IMG/VR virus record: IMGVR_UViG_3300025084_000099 | Coordinates: 1 to 35,240 of that record | DNA: 35,240 nucleotides | Direction: 5' to 3' (one strand) | DNA from: a virus | Lineage: Duplodnaviria; Caudoviricetes | Shown here: one piece after another, positions 25,801 through 35,240 of the stretch | Position numbering within the stretch: position 1 is the stretch's first letter | Layout of the letters: the number at the start of each line of letters is the position of its first letter | Position numbers and translations under genes: made by a program | The notes under the pieces: generated by a model | Database searches by the model: none | The model's input: only the letters and a program-made list of their open reading frames with translations | What the model was told of the DNA's origin: nothing

Positions 25801-28800
25801 AAATGCATTTTGCGATGCAGCATGATCAGAGCGAGCAATAGTATTAACGCCTAACTTGTAATCACCAATTGTTTCAGTTTCCGTTCTAAGTGTCTCGGCA
25901 CCAATAACACCCTGTTCTTTCCAAGAAGAATTAGAGAAGTCAACACTAGGATTAGTTCCTGCAGGAGCAGAACTTAGAACACCACCAGCACCATTCCAAC
26001 TTAATGTTTCAATGGTAATGTTATCATTAACTTGGAAGTGAACATAGTTGTTTGCAGGATCAAATGCATCACCATTGGGACTGAATACTGTCCAAGTATT
26101 AGACAATCTAGAATCAATATAATTATTGAGTCTAATTTGAGAACCAGATGTAATGCCAATAGCAGAGTTTGCAACATTAACACCATTCTGATCTTTGAAT
26201 GTCAACTTAACTACGTTAGTTCCATCAAACTCAATCGTAAAGATATTGTTGTTGGGAATTTGAGTAAAGTAGTTAGAGAACACCCAACCAAGTGAACCCG
26301 TCTTACCAATTTCTTTTCCTTTGAAAAGAACATCACCTGCTTTAGCAGCAACACCACCAAAAGAAACAAATTGATTGGTGATTAATCTATTTCCATTTTG
26401 AGCAACTAAATTGCTATTATTTGGAGAGATATTAGAAGGAACACCGTTAGTAATATGAGTCTTAAACTCGTATGCTTGACCCTTTCCTCTTGCATTAAAT
26501 CCAAATACAGCGGCTTGAATTTTATTCTTACTAATTCTAATATCACCAAGTGTTGGTGGAGCAAAGTTAGTTCTATCAAGAGACTCATCTTGCTCATCAC
26601 CAGTTACAGGATCAACAGAAGATACATTAGAACGAATAATTAACGAATCTCTAACTTCAGTTAGGTCATTATCCTGTACTGAAATGATCAAAGGAGACTG
26701 GAATACATTCTGCTGTGAACCATCACCACCAACAACTGTAATGTTCTGGTTGAACGTTACGGGAGTATCGAATGATGTGACTAGATTACCGATATCCTCA
26801 TCGTCATCAGCACTAGATTGAAGAGTTGCTCTCTCTAGGAATGTTTCTTCACCTGTAATAGCATTAATTTTTCTATTACCAATATACAGATCTCCATTAG
26901 AGTTTAGACCCGTATAGAAGACGATACCGCCGTCTTCTTTCTTACTTTGAGCATAGAAGTCCTCATCTGGTGATAACACGATCTCCTGACGCGCAGGGAG
27001 ACCAGTAGAGTAGTTTCCTGGACCGAATCCAAGATACTCAAACGTGTGATTACCAGCACGAGCAATAGAGGGTCTTCTAAGTTCAACATAATAACGTTGA
27101 TCTGTTAGAACTGTGCTATCACCAGCAATTGGAATCTTACGATCTTCAGAACCAGAAGTTGCATTACCTACCTGTGCTTCAATCGCATTAGAAATATAAT
27201 TGTTTTCGTTAAATGCAGGTTGATCAATTAGATCTTCAACTAATTCTCTAGTAACAGAATTTTTGAAGTCGTTAGTTGTTACAAGACCCTGAGTATAGTT
27301 ATCAGCAGCAGAGAACGTAGGTGGTGGATCTAACAACTGAGAAGCAACATTAAGTTCTTCTGCAGTAGTACCATTTTTCTGGAACCACAACGGATCATTC
27401 TTGTAATCTAAAGGATACAAGCTACTGACTGGTTGTGAGAATTTAAACTTCTTAAAGTTTTCAGCAACACCAGCGCCAGTTGGGAATGGCGAAATATTAC
27501 CACGTAAGCAACTTAAGTAGTAAATACCATCTTGCTGACCAGCAATTCTGCGTTGTAGAGTTTCATAACTAAAGACATAGAACGTATCTTCAATAACACC
27601 AACATCCTCAACACTATCAACATAATACTCAATACCAGCACCGTCTTGAATACGATCACCAGGGGTGATAGTATAAACATTAGAACCGTTTTGCTTGTAA
27701 AAATATTGGGGATAATTTTTCGCGATTAGTGTTTTTAGAGGTAGCGATTTGCCCATATCCTGGTCTTCCAGCATATCAGCAAACGTGCTTCCCTGCTCAA
27801 ATCTAGTGTTATAATACTCACTAAACTCTAGTTTACCGCCACGAATATTCTTAATGATGAGATAATGTTGACCACCAACAGTGTAGTATGCATGAATGTT
27901 AGCAAGACCAGAAGAATTGCCAGTCCATTGAACTTGGTTAGCAACAACATTAGCAGTTTTATTAACTGTCCATTCACCACCTTGAGGTGCAGAAATTTTA
28001 ACAGTAGTGAAAGATTCGTTTCTAAGACCAGAGAAATTGAGAGTATCAATAGCGTGATCAAATAGTGTAAGTTCTAGATACTTGATGTTTGGATCTAAAG
28101 CATCTTCAACATAACGTCCAGATTGAATTGTCGCTTGAATGCCAGAAGAGAACTTAGCAAACATGCGGTACTCAAGAGGAGATCCAGCGACTTTTTTGTA
28201 TGGGTCATATGAATCACCAACTGTTAAACTTTGTGCATCATAATCTGCTTGAGTAAATCCAATAAATTCCCCTGAATTACGTTCGTTTTCAAAACGAGCA
28301 CCATACACAGTACCAGCAACAGGTTTAAGTAGAACTTTCTGTGGTACTAACTTACGAGTGTCATCAGTTCTAGTCTTGATAACAAATCCATTGATAGGAT
28401 CTCTTGCGTTCTCAAGATAAGAAGGAATAACATAACGTAGTTTATATGTTCTGTCATTTGCTTCACGGTCATCTTCTAAACGTGTGAACCACATATCAGT
28501 GGATCTTGGACGATCAGAGTAATCAGACTGTTGGATTCTAGAGAAAATATTATCAGGAGAACTGCTTTCATCAATACAACGTACAAACCACTTACCAGTT
28601 GTTATAATACCGTTAGAAAACGCAGGATCATATGCGAATGGTGCTCTACGCTTGTTAGCAAATATTTGGAAAGTTTGTGTTTGACCAGATGTAAATGTGA
28701 TTGGGTTTACATTATTAATAGCATCAGCATGAGTCTTGTGAATTGTAATTACAGAGTCATTCTGATAACGTGCAAAGAATTCTTTAGTTGGATCAATTCT

Positions 28801-31800
28801 GCCAAAGTTTGAATCCTGAGAATTTTGTATTGCAACATCAGCATCCGATGCATATGTTGTAGATACCAAAGGAATTCTACCACTATCAAGATCTCTGAAG
28901 AATACTTTCTGTGGTGTTACAGAAGCAAATGGGGTATCAAAAATGTGTGATACATCTGTTTGAATACCAGCATTAATCGAATTAGTTAACTTAGTTTTGT
29001 AGTTGTGTAGGTCGTATTTTTCGTCAAGGATAAACTGATAGATATCAATCTCAACATTAGCATCAATCGACTCAGATTCAGATGAGTAGATATAGATACC
29101 TGCTGCAGCATTCTCTCTTGAGGTTGCGAGCATTAGTTTTGTTTGATCACTACCGTTAAAGAATGTGGTAGTGCTGTAATCTTCTGGTTGTGTTCTTCTG
29201 CCAGGAGAAATTACATAATATGTTTTATTAGTTTCAAATCCGTTAGGTAGTCTGACGAGACGCTTATCTACTTCAACATATTTACCAGAAGCAACGTCAA
29301 AACGAGGACGTGGAACCAATCTTACTGGTGTTCCGGTCTCAAAGTCATGTGGATTAGAAGCACCAACACCAGAAGTGTTGATTGTAAATACTGTTGCTCT
29401 AGAAGCAAAAGCACTAATGTTTGCTGTCTGTTCTTGTCTGTCAACAGATCCAACACCACTATTGATAACGGTGGTGATATTTCCTATCAAAGTTTCAATT
29501 GCATCTGCAGTTCCTGCACATTCTCTCTGAGTAGGAGATGTTAATGTATCTTGAATAACAGATGGATCAGTCTTAGGAAGAGTATTTGCCCATTGACCAT
29601 TAGGTAAGTCAAAGTATAGATCTATAGAACCACTTGTTTGAGTTGCGGTGACCGTATTTCCAGAATCAAATCTAGAATTAGCAACACCAAGTTCAATTTG
29701 TGTACCACTGACAATTCTCTTGACATATGTGTTAAGAGGAATAGTGCTAGAAACTTGAGTAGATCCAGACTGAAGAAGTCCATTCACATATGCAGGGTTG
29801 ACAACATCAGTGTTATCATACTCAGCAACAGTCATTCCGATTAGAATACCACGAGTATCGTTAATATTAATGATCGCAGAACCAGCAGTTGTGGAGCAGT
29901 TGAATGCAAGAACATCGAAGTTTCTCATGGCAGCAGTTGCCATCTGTCCGACATAGTTCCATGCATCGATGGTCTCTGTCTTCTCGCCGTCGATGTACTC
30001 TAGTTGATTACCAACATAGTATGCTTCACCTGCTTGGACAGAGTTGATGTTACCACCAAGTCTAAGGTCAGATACAACAGCGTCAACAATGTAAGATACA
30101 TCACGGAAACACTTAGACACTGTGGCATCGGTAGTGAATGAACCCCGATTAAGAACAGGAAGTTCAGATAGACTGGATAGCACAAACGCATCATTTGCAA
30201 TATCAAACAAAGTTTCAATAGTAGAACGCACATTAGCACAATCCCACTCACCATTACTTAGAGTTGGCAGTGTACTTAAGGATCCTGCGCTGATTGCATC
30301 ACAAACAATACTAATCAGTGTATTGACAGTGGAAACAACATCAGAACAATTACCTGCTTGATATCCTTGGTTTACACCATTTTGAATCAAGTTTTGTGGT
30401 TGTTCAGGAGCAGTTCTAGTAATACCAGATAGATTACCAACACCACCATTATCTGTTCCAATTGCTTGGATGATAGTGTCTAGATTAGATTGAGTTGCAC
30501 TGATAACAGATACACATGTAGGAGAATCCCAATCAGTAGTAACAGTATTATCAATATACTGAACTGTAGAATTACCAGCACTACTGCTGATTATCTCATT
30601 TCTAATAATAGAAGGAACAAGATTCTTGACCTGTGCAAATACTTCTGCTGCTTCATCACGCTCAGGATCAATAAAGGTTGCTGCAGCAATACCATAGTGA
30701 ATGCAATCTGCTGCTGCAGAAACAAATTGATGGACAGATTGTGGTAGATGCTGTACAGCGTCTGCAGAGGCAGTAATGAATTGATGGTCTACACCAGCAG
30801 CAGATCCTGCATCACCAACGTTGACGGTGATTGTGGTGGCACTGACAGCAGTGATAGCAATAGACTTACCTGCCCAAGGATCTTGACCAGGACGGGGATA
30901 AGTTTTTTGCTCTACATTACCGTCTTGATCACATGTAAATGTGAATGAATTGTCAGCAAGAACAATACCCTCAGTAACACTCAATGAATGATTACCAATG
31001 GTGATTTCCATATCACCAGTTGTAGAGTTGTATACTGCGTTAGTTGGAGTCCAGAACTGGTTTGCCTGAGATGCTCCAACATTAACTGTAATAGTTGATG
31101 GGGTAGCATCAGTAATCTGCATCCACTGATCAACATAAGGATCATCAGGACTTGGTGATGCATGTTGTGTCTGGTTGCCATCCATAGTACACGTAAAGAT
31201 GACACTATTGGTATCAACTTTAATATATTGACCCGATTCCATATCATGACCAGGAACAGTAAAGACTGATAGACCTGTTGCTGGATCATACGACACAGTT
31301 GTAGGAGTAAAGTCCTTTCGTTTCTTACTAGGACCAAAGTAAGGCATTACATTGGTAGTGTAAATCTCTGCAGAGTCATAAGTTTTAGCGTTTCCACCAA
31401 ACTTAACATCATACATGACTTCTTCCAAGACGTTATAAACGTCATCTAAACAATCTTGCTTTGTGTTTGTTGCTTGAGGAACATATCCAGGATATGCTGC
31501 TTGCATACGAAGATATGCTTCTTCTGCAATATACTCCTTATTTTTAAGGACAAGGTTGTATGCATCTGCATTCATATCAGATACAATTGCAGGATCACCA
31601 GTAGTATCAAGAGTGATAGTCTGATCCCAATAATATAGTTGGTTATTAATTGCTAGGTTGATAGCATCAGCGGCACGTTTGAAAGCAACGATACCCTCAG
31701 CTTCTTCACTGACCAAACCATTAGAAATTGGAAGACCAAATCTATTGAAGTATGCTTTGGCAGCAGCAATAGAATAAGCATTGCCACCAAACCAGAGATC

Positions 31801-34800
31801 TTGCTGTACAGCATCAACAATATGCCCGATATCTCTACGGCATTTAATTTCACCAGAAGTAAGAGTTCTAACTGTTGGAGTTACATAGTTTGCATTACCA
31901 GGATCTGTAAGACTTAATATATTACCATCACCAATAACCTGAGTCGCAATGGATGTTAAAGATCCGAGAGCATTTTGAACATCAGAACAAGCATTTGAAT
32001 CAATATTTGAAATATCTCCGTTGCCATCCCCGTAGATAGCTTCACCTTCACTTACAGTTAAATCTTGATAACCAGATGATAGTTGGTTAGAAATAGCATC
32101 TTGCAAGTAATCTCTGACAGCATTGAAACCAGCAATACTTTGAAGTTCTTCACCTTGAAGACCACCTACTACCCAATTGCCAGCATTATCAAAATACTTG
32201 GTAATAAATGCTCTAGTCCAAGCATTACCACCAAGGAAAATATCCATTCCAATAGCATCAATAAAGAAACCTAAGTCTCTACTACACTTGGCACTACTAT
32301 TACCTGGGAATGTAAATGTTGGATACAATGTTTGAATTTGTCCGACAGCATATGCTTGTGCATCTGCTTTATTACGACGGATAAATCTGTATGCAGTCTT
32401 AAATCTAGAAGTAGCAGACTCTGCAGGATCACCAGGGAACGTAAAGAATGGAGACGTATCATAAGTAGAAATCTCTGCTAATGAGTTGTCAAGAACATAA
32501 TCTTTGTTTGATTGAATCAAATTATAAGTGGTCTTATATCTCTTGGCATCTTTATTAGAAAGATCAATAGTAACACCATCTGTTGTATCACCATCTAGTT
32601 CTGCTTGAGAACCTGTCTTACCATTTGTAATAGGACCACATGGGTTATTAGTTTTAAGTGATAGATCAGGTAGTGTTCCACTTGGATCATATAAATCTGC
32701 CTTGACACTTAATAAGTTTGCAATTGCTTGCTTACAAAGGTCGCGAGCTCTATTAAACGCCCAGAGAAGATCTTCCTGTTGTCCATTATACTTAGAAAGA
32801 GATCCATCCCCAGCAAAATATGTTTGAATTAATGTGATAGTATTATAGTTTCCACCATCTCTAAGGTCTTCTGCAACTGCATCAACCATCTCACCGATGT
32901 CTACAGTAGAAATAGAAGCAGTGGGACTATAAGCACTTAAAGAAGCAAGAGTTTCATTAATAATTTCTTGTCTATTATTAACAATTAAATTACGAGCATC
33001 AAAGTATCTGTTTGCCTGAGGATCGCGACCAGGATTAACATAAGAAATGTTTTGTAGTCTTGGATACTTCTCTAGAATATATCCAAATACTTCCTCCTGA
33101 ATCATGCGACGGTTGCTTTCAATCAGGTTAGCAGCATCAGCATAAGTGCTATTGATTGAGAATCCGGATGGATTAAGAATAGAAGGAGCAGCAATATACT
33201 TAACAAAACCTGTTGGTTCTAGAGCAGCATTAAACTCTTCTGTACCACCTGCAGTCAATGGATCTAGTTTAACATATAGTCTTTCACCAGACTTTGCACC
33301 AACTCGATAACCACCAATTGTTACAGCAGGACGGTTAATTGGTTCGGTAATGTCTTCACTACCAAGATACAACTTAGTAAAGTTAGTTTTATCTTGAATA
33401 GTTCCTTGAATATCAATAGTATAATATTGAGTCCTTTTAAAGTTTGCAGAACCAGTTTCAACTTGCTTAGGTGGAATGATGTCAGTAATGAAACCACCTT
33501 TATCTTGGTTAAAGGCAAATCCTTTGAAACCAATAGCATGAAGTGATGTATTACCAAAGTTGGAGTTTGAGTTCGTGATGGACATATCACCACCACTTTC
33601 CATTAGGAAGTGATCAGCAAAACCAACAGCGAAGATAGAAACGTTCTGGATGAATGCATCTTCTGATGCTTTAACGTGGAAGGTTCTCCAGTCATCCTTC
33701 CAATAAGAATCACCCTTAGCGTGATAAGGAACAGTCGCAAACGCATCAGTTAGTGATGCTTGGTTCCAGGTGTTAGAATACTCATCATAACGGATAAATG
33801 CTCTGTCATCCTTCTGAAGCGAAACGCCCGTATATTGAGCTATGACCATGGATTTGAATCCAGTCGCCTTCAGACCGTTCGCCCAGATGCCACAAATACC
33901 CCACGTAGAGCGGATCGATACGTTAAAGACATATGGAGAGGCAGACTCTACACTATCAACTTCAGCGAGTGTCTGAGCGTTCTGACCGAGTGCTGGTGTA
34001 GTATCAACACTAACAGTTTGACCAGCAGCAATACCTGTACCAATTGCGCTAACAACTTCAGCAACTTCGTAAGTAAACTTACGTGGATCATTTTGATCGA
34101 TCCTAATGATAGGAAAGATACCTTCTAGAACACTATCAATTTCTGTGCCAGAGATAGCAACAAACTGACCAGCAAAGTATCCGTGGTCTACCTTAGTTGT
34201 TACTTCAATCTCAGATGTAGATGCAGCAATACTAGGAATAGTTGTAGCATCGTTGAGTGTTAACGACTCAATAACTCTAGAGTCAGATAGAGGTCCAACA
34301 ATTCGGTTCTCCTGAATTCTAAAGTCAAATTCACCAGGATCATCAATTGTTGGTTGATAATCAGAGAAACTCTTAGCGATCTTTCTGTAGAATAGACCTA
34401 GTTCTTCTGTATCTGCGTATTCAAATACAGTTAGTTTGTGGTGCGAATAGTTAGGAGCAGTCTTCCTAGTGAAATCATTAGGATCGTAGTATACCTCACC
34501 AGTTCCTTCCAATGAATTATATAAAGGAGATTCTGCAGTAGTCTGACCATCTTTTAAAGTAAACTGCCAGAAGTAGCAACCACCTGTTACGTTAAAGATA
34601 GCGGAACGAGGAACAGTTACAGAAGCAGGATCAGGAACGTATAGAGGACGAACAACTGTACGGCGGAGGTCATAACCTACAAGAGATGAACCTCTAGGGA
34701 TGATAGCACCACCCTCAGTGTTGTTAAACTTATAAAGAACATTATCAGGATTAGAGATATCAAGAATGGAATTATCAGTCCACTCATTATTTGCTTGGTC

Positions 34801-35091
34801 GAAACCAAATATATCAATACCACTAGTATCTACAAGACCAGGACGGTTATCGATGTAGTGAATACCAGGCATCAGCATAATGCTGAACTGGTCAAACCTA
34901 TCATTACCAAATCCAGGCAGATACGAGTATCTTGCAATCTCTAGAAAAGCACGCTGGATGCTCTTGAATGGTGTTACGGGTGAATTACCTCTATTAGATA
35001 ACGCATCTGTAGCGTTGAAATCATCAGGAGAAACATAAAGATACTTACCAGTTTTGCTGCTGATAAGGTTATCCAGACGTGTTAATGGCAT
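22843..35091 (-). CDS. Giant (4082 aa) virion structural/tail-fibre protein with a beta-helix-like N-terminal part, nested phycobiliprotein-like helical repeats and a fibre-like C-terminus
   Basis: Uninterrupted ORF after a perfect late promoter; LYVSP...PFKSIQRA and SITNSNSNFG beta-helix-like motifs; C-terminal LP..P..GD.VRIID..G...LVY...GW unit as in T4-like fibre/baseplate proteins. Confidence 0.9.
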   Translation of the reverse strand: MPLTRLDNLISSKTGKYLYVSPDDFNATDALSNRGNSPVTPFKSIQRAFLEIARYSYLPGFGNDRFDQFSIMLMPGIHYIDNRPGLVDTSGIDIFGFDQANNEWTDNSILDISNPDNVLYKFNNTEGGAIIPRGSSLVGYDLRRTVVRPLYVPDPASVTVPRSAIFNVTGGCYFWQFTLKDGQTTAESPLYNSLEGTGEVYYDPNDFTRKTAPNYSHHKLTVFEYADTEELGLFYRKIAKSFSDYQPTIDDPGEFDFRIQENRIVGPLSDSRVIESLTLNDATTIPSIAASTSEIEVTTKVDHGYFAGQFVAISGTEIDSVLEGIFPIIRIDQNDPRKFTYEVAEVVSAIGTGIAAGQTVSVDTTPALGQNAQTLAEVDSVESASPYVFNVSIRSTWGICGIWANGLKATGFKSMVIAQYTGVSLQKDDRAFIRYDEYSNTWNQASLTDAFATVPYHAKGDSYWKDDWRTFHVKASEDAFIQNVSIFAVGFADHFLMESGGDMSITNSNSNFGNTSLHAIGFKGFAFNQDKGGFITDIIPPKQVETGSANFKRTQYYTIDIQGTIQDKTNFTKLYLGSEDITEPINRPAVTIGGYRVGAKSGERLYVKLDPLTAGGTEEFNAALEPTGFVKYIAAPSILNPSGFSINSTYADAANLIESNRRMIQEEVFGYILEKYPRLQNISYVNPGRDPQANRYFDARNLIVNNRQEIINETLASLSAYSPTASISTVDIGEMVDAVAEDLRDGGNYNTITLIQTYFAGDGSLSKYNGQQEDLLWAFNRARDLCKQAIANLLSVKADLYDPSGTLPDLSLKTNNPCGPITNGKTGSQAELDGDTTDGVTIDLSNKDAKRYKTTYNLIQSNKDYVLDNSLAEISTYDTSPFFTFPGDPAESATSRFKTAYRFIRRNKADAQAYAVGQIQTLYPTFTFPGNSSAKCSRDLGFFIDAIGMDIFLGGNAWTRAFITKYFDNAGNWVVGGLQGEELQSIAGFNAVRDYLQDAISNQLSSGYQDLTVSEGEAIYGDGNGDISNIDSNACSDVQNALGSLTSIATQVIGDGNILSLTDPGNANYVTPTVRTLTSGEIKCRRDIGHIVDAVQQDLWFGGNAYSIAAAKAYFNRFGLPISNGLVSEEAEGIVAFKRAADAINLAINNQLYYWDQTITLDTTGDPAIVSDMNADAYNLVLKNKEYIAEEAYLRMQAAYPGYVPQATNTKQDCLDDVYNVLEEVMYDVKFGGNAKTYDSAEIYTTNVMPYFGPSKKRKDFTPTTVSYDPATGLSVFTVPGHDMESGQYIKVDTNSVIFTCTMDGNQTQHASPSPDDPYVDQWMQITDATPSTITVNVGASQANQFWTPTNAVYNSTTGDMEITIGNHSLSVTEGIVLADNSFTFTCDQDGNVEQKTYPRPGQDPWAGKSIAITAVSATTITVNVGDAGSAAGVDHQFITASADAVQHLPQSVHQFVSAAADCIHYGIAAATFIDPERDEAAEVFAQVKNLVPSIIRNEIISSSAGNSTVQYIDNTVTTDWDSPTCVSVISATQSNLDTIIQAIGTDNGGVGNLSGITRTAPEQPQNLIQNGVNQGYQAGNCSDVVSTVNTLISIVCDAISAGSLSTLPTLSNGEWDCANVRSTIETLFDIANDAFVLSSLSELPVLNRGSFTTDATVSKCFRDVSYIVDAVVSDLRLGGNINSVQAGEAYYVGNQLEYIDGEKTETIDAWNYVGQMATAAMRNFDVLAFNCSTTAGSAIININDTRGILIGMTVAEYDNTDVVNPAYVNGLLQSGSTQVSSTIPLNTYVKRIVSGTQIELGVANSRFDSGNTVTATQTSGSIDLYFDLPNGQWANTLPKTDPSVIQDTLTSPTQRECAGTADAIETLIGNITTVINSGVGSVDRQEQTANISAFASRATVFTINTSGVGASNPHDFETGTPVRLVPRPRFDVASGKYVEVDKRLVRLPNGFETNKTYYVISPGRRTQPEDYSTTTFFNGSDQTKLMLATSRENAAAGIYIYSSESESIDANVEIDIYQFILDEKYDLHNYKTKLTNSINAGIQTDVSHIFDTPFASVTPQKVFFRDLDSGRIPLVSTTYASDADVAIQNSQDSNFGRIDPTKEFFARYQNDSVITIHKTHADAINNVNPITFTSGQTQTFQIFANKRRAPFAYDPAFSNGIITTGKWFVRCIDESSSPDNIFSRIQQSDYSDRPRSTDMWFTRLEDDREANDRTYKLRYVIPSYLENARDPINGFVIKTRTDDTRKLVPQKVLLKPVAGTVYGARFENERNSGEFIGFTQADYDAQSLTVGDSYDPYKKVAGSPLEYRMFAKFSSGIQATIQSGRYVEDALDPNIKYLELTLFDHAIDTLNFSGLRNESFTTVKISAPQGGEWTVNKTANVVANQVQWTGNSSGLANIHAYYTVGGQHYLIIKNIRGGKLEFSEYYNTRFEQGSTFADMLEDQDMGKSLPLKTLIAKNYPQYFYKQNGSNVYTITPGDRIQDGAGIEYYVDSVEDVGVIEDTFYVFSYETLQRRIAGQQDGIYYLSCLRGNISPFPTGAGVAENFKKFKFSQPVSSLYPLDYKNDPLWFQKNGTTAEELNVASQLLDPPPTFSAADNYTQGLVTTNDFKNSVTRELVEDLIDQPAFNENNYISNAIEAQVGNATSGSEDRKIPIAGDSTVLTDQRYYVELRRPSIARAGNHTFEYLGFGPGNYSTGLPARQEIVLSPDEDFYAQSKKEDGGIVFYTGLNSNGDLYIGNRKINAITGEETFLERATLQSSADDDEDIGNLVTSFDTPVTFNQNITVVGGDGSQQNVFQSPLIISVQDNDLTEVRDSLIIRSNVSSVDPVTGDEQDESLDRTNFAPPTLGDIRISKNKIQAAVFGFNARGKGQAYEFKTHITNGVPSNISPNNSNLVAQNGNRLITNQFVSFGGVAAKAGDVLFKGKEIGKTGSLGWVFSNYFTQIPNNNIFTIEFDGTNVVKLTFKDQNGVNVANSAIGITSGSQIRLNNYIDSRLSNTWTVFSPNGDAFDPANNYVHFQVNDNITIETLSWNGAGGVLSSAPAGTNPSVDFSNSSWKEQGVIGAETLRTETETIGDYKLGVNTIARSDHAASQNAFVSNETEPRANLDVVGNTFISGKKILSYLTETSIIHVETNQDNAFLVGGDSANPSDISTLRVMTTNSGRLGINTAVNDTVNPINNLDRNFVVIGDSRFSDDANFQADIEVNGGDITTTNNAFNFINSNAQILNFAGDGQILNFMNNQTVDQSIAIGNSTTRQTILVGEASQTGVLKIHRNADDATVDIATVSNNATSECKITLGGAWATQADATSYTKIGTFYTGVAGNLEIGTGWGAGTSESRLYTQTRVVNLFDGDQTNTVNLATNATTFTLGSTGGTTFIRNTLNVLASTIVEGNIRLDGGLNAGIIKVGRGKFGTTRIPHLIGGVENPNIDFYKYETTGKIIDTAGVSQWGSTSFLVAGGQIASIDNLVNNGANNRTPGTYSFLSATTSGAGSGSTFTIIVRFDYTLDVSIESPGEGYSDNEVLTITDSQLGGGGGGDLTFQVNGTNSAGTSYYLPISQPVVGDFQVGDLLFLDRANAASPDSIGTGANIITGLRDEAKSEILRVIGIANIANPLDPNGFRLIVSRGAEGTGTYTDHPDGCVISKFTKQGNASYITGSDLDNNGELDEPLTGIGSGSADVNIGVAEFGGTISLLDYIRLSSSEFVSIVELISTSPQSLIVNDGGNPAADVFKVESTTGDTYIFGDILAGVGFNKFTVDSSTGNTITQGSLTTNNTITLRGSTFAAVKGNPAATPAYSDSQLFKLTPQGNTEFLTLSNGGRDGVVEAVTFQVDTATGSIYSTGDLEFYGTDITGVADLSEPRLTFNNSSGDFEVYGSFSAYGSGVSKFGGAIQIGGAFGTTDTDFPYRASADLTINGGNLTVNSNGTTIFDVANDGALTVAGISDYFSQTGGRKWVYTASSVVECDANINYFINCTGNTLVKLPPNPLMGDMVRIIDIGGALTYNISMVVRADNGNGIQGETSNTGTAMLTGISPSELANYNAGELVVQTPRASFGLVYAGTTSADGGPGAPTSLKGWYLMDV

Positions 35092-35130
35092 GATTAATCT
35101 GACCCTGCGGTATATCTTTTATCCTAGGAT

Positions 35131-35238
35131 TTATTTATAACGGGGTCTGTACCTATCTTTGAGAATAAGCATTAATGCTATTTCTTTAAGACATATGTAA
35201 ATGTATCCAAATTGTTCTTTATACGTTGTTCTATACAT
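35131..35238 (-). CDS. Short ORF (MYRTTYKEQFGYIYICLKE...RYK), may begin outside the window
   Basis: 35 codons plus stop, translated by hand; its last codons contain the late promoter. Confidence 0.4.
   Translation of the reverse strand: MYRTTYKEQFGYIYICLKEIALMLILKDRYRPRYK
35132..35139 (-). promoter_or_regulatory. T4-type late promoter TATAAATA
   Basis: Exact consensus 40 nt upstream of ATG 35091. Confidence 0.85.
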
Positions 35239-35240
35239 AA

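Noticed and set aside
576-34128. Plus-strand ORFs and short alternative-frame minus ORFs in the track
   Set aside because: They are shadows of long, tightly packed minus-strand genes and have no recognisable motifs or start context
1-35240. tRNA, rRNA, CRISPR array, intron/intein or transposase
   Set aside because: No cloverleaf, regularly spaced repeats, splicing motifs or transposase motifs recognised by eye; a covariance-model scan was not possible

Overview
A segment of a T4-like marine cyanophage (myovirus, probably infecting Synechococcus/Prochlorococcus); every credible gene is on the minus strand. Reading in the direction of transcription (right to left): a T4-type late promoter (TATAAATA) precedes a structural/tail-fibre module (4082-aa giant protein, three tail-collar proteins, two Gly-rich/Ig-like proteins). 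Next come a tail-assembly-chaperone-like gene, four 2OG-Fe(II) oxygenases and an early region of small hypothetical genes with sigma70-like promoters, three of which share a palindromic upstream box. Main observations: (1) the giant protein holds five helical repeats whose motifs and spacing match phycobiliproteins, including counterparts of both bilin-binding cysteines, and the repeats appear nested inside one another; (2) a putative phage restriction-modification locus is split by a ParB/DGQHR-like gene; (3) a triplicated fibre module has a 26-nt identical core that could drive in-frame shuffling. All family assignments come from motif recognition by eye; no searches were run.
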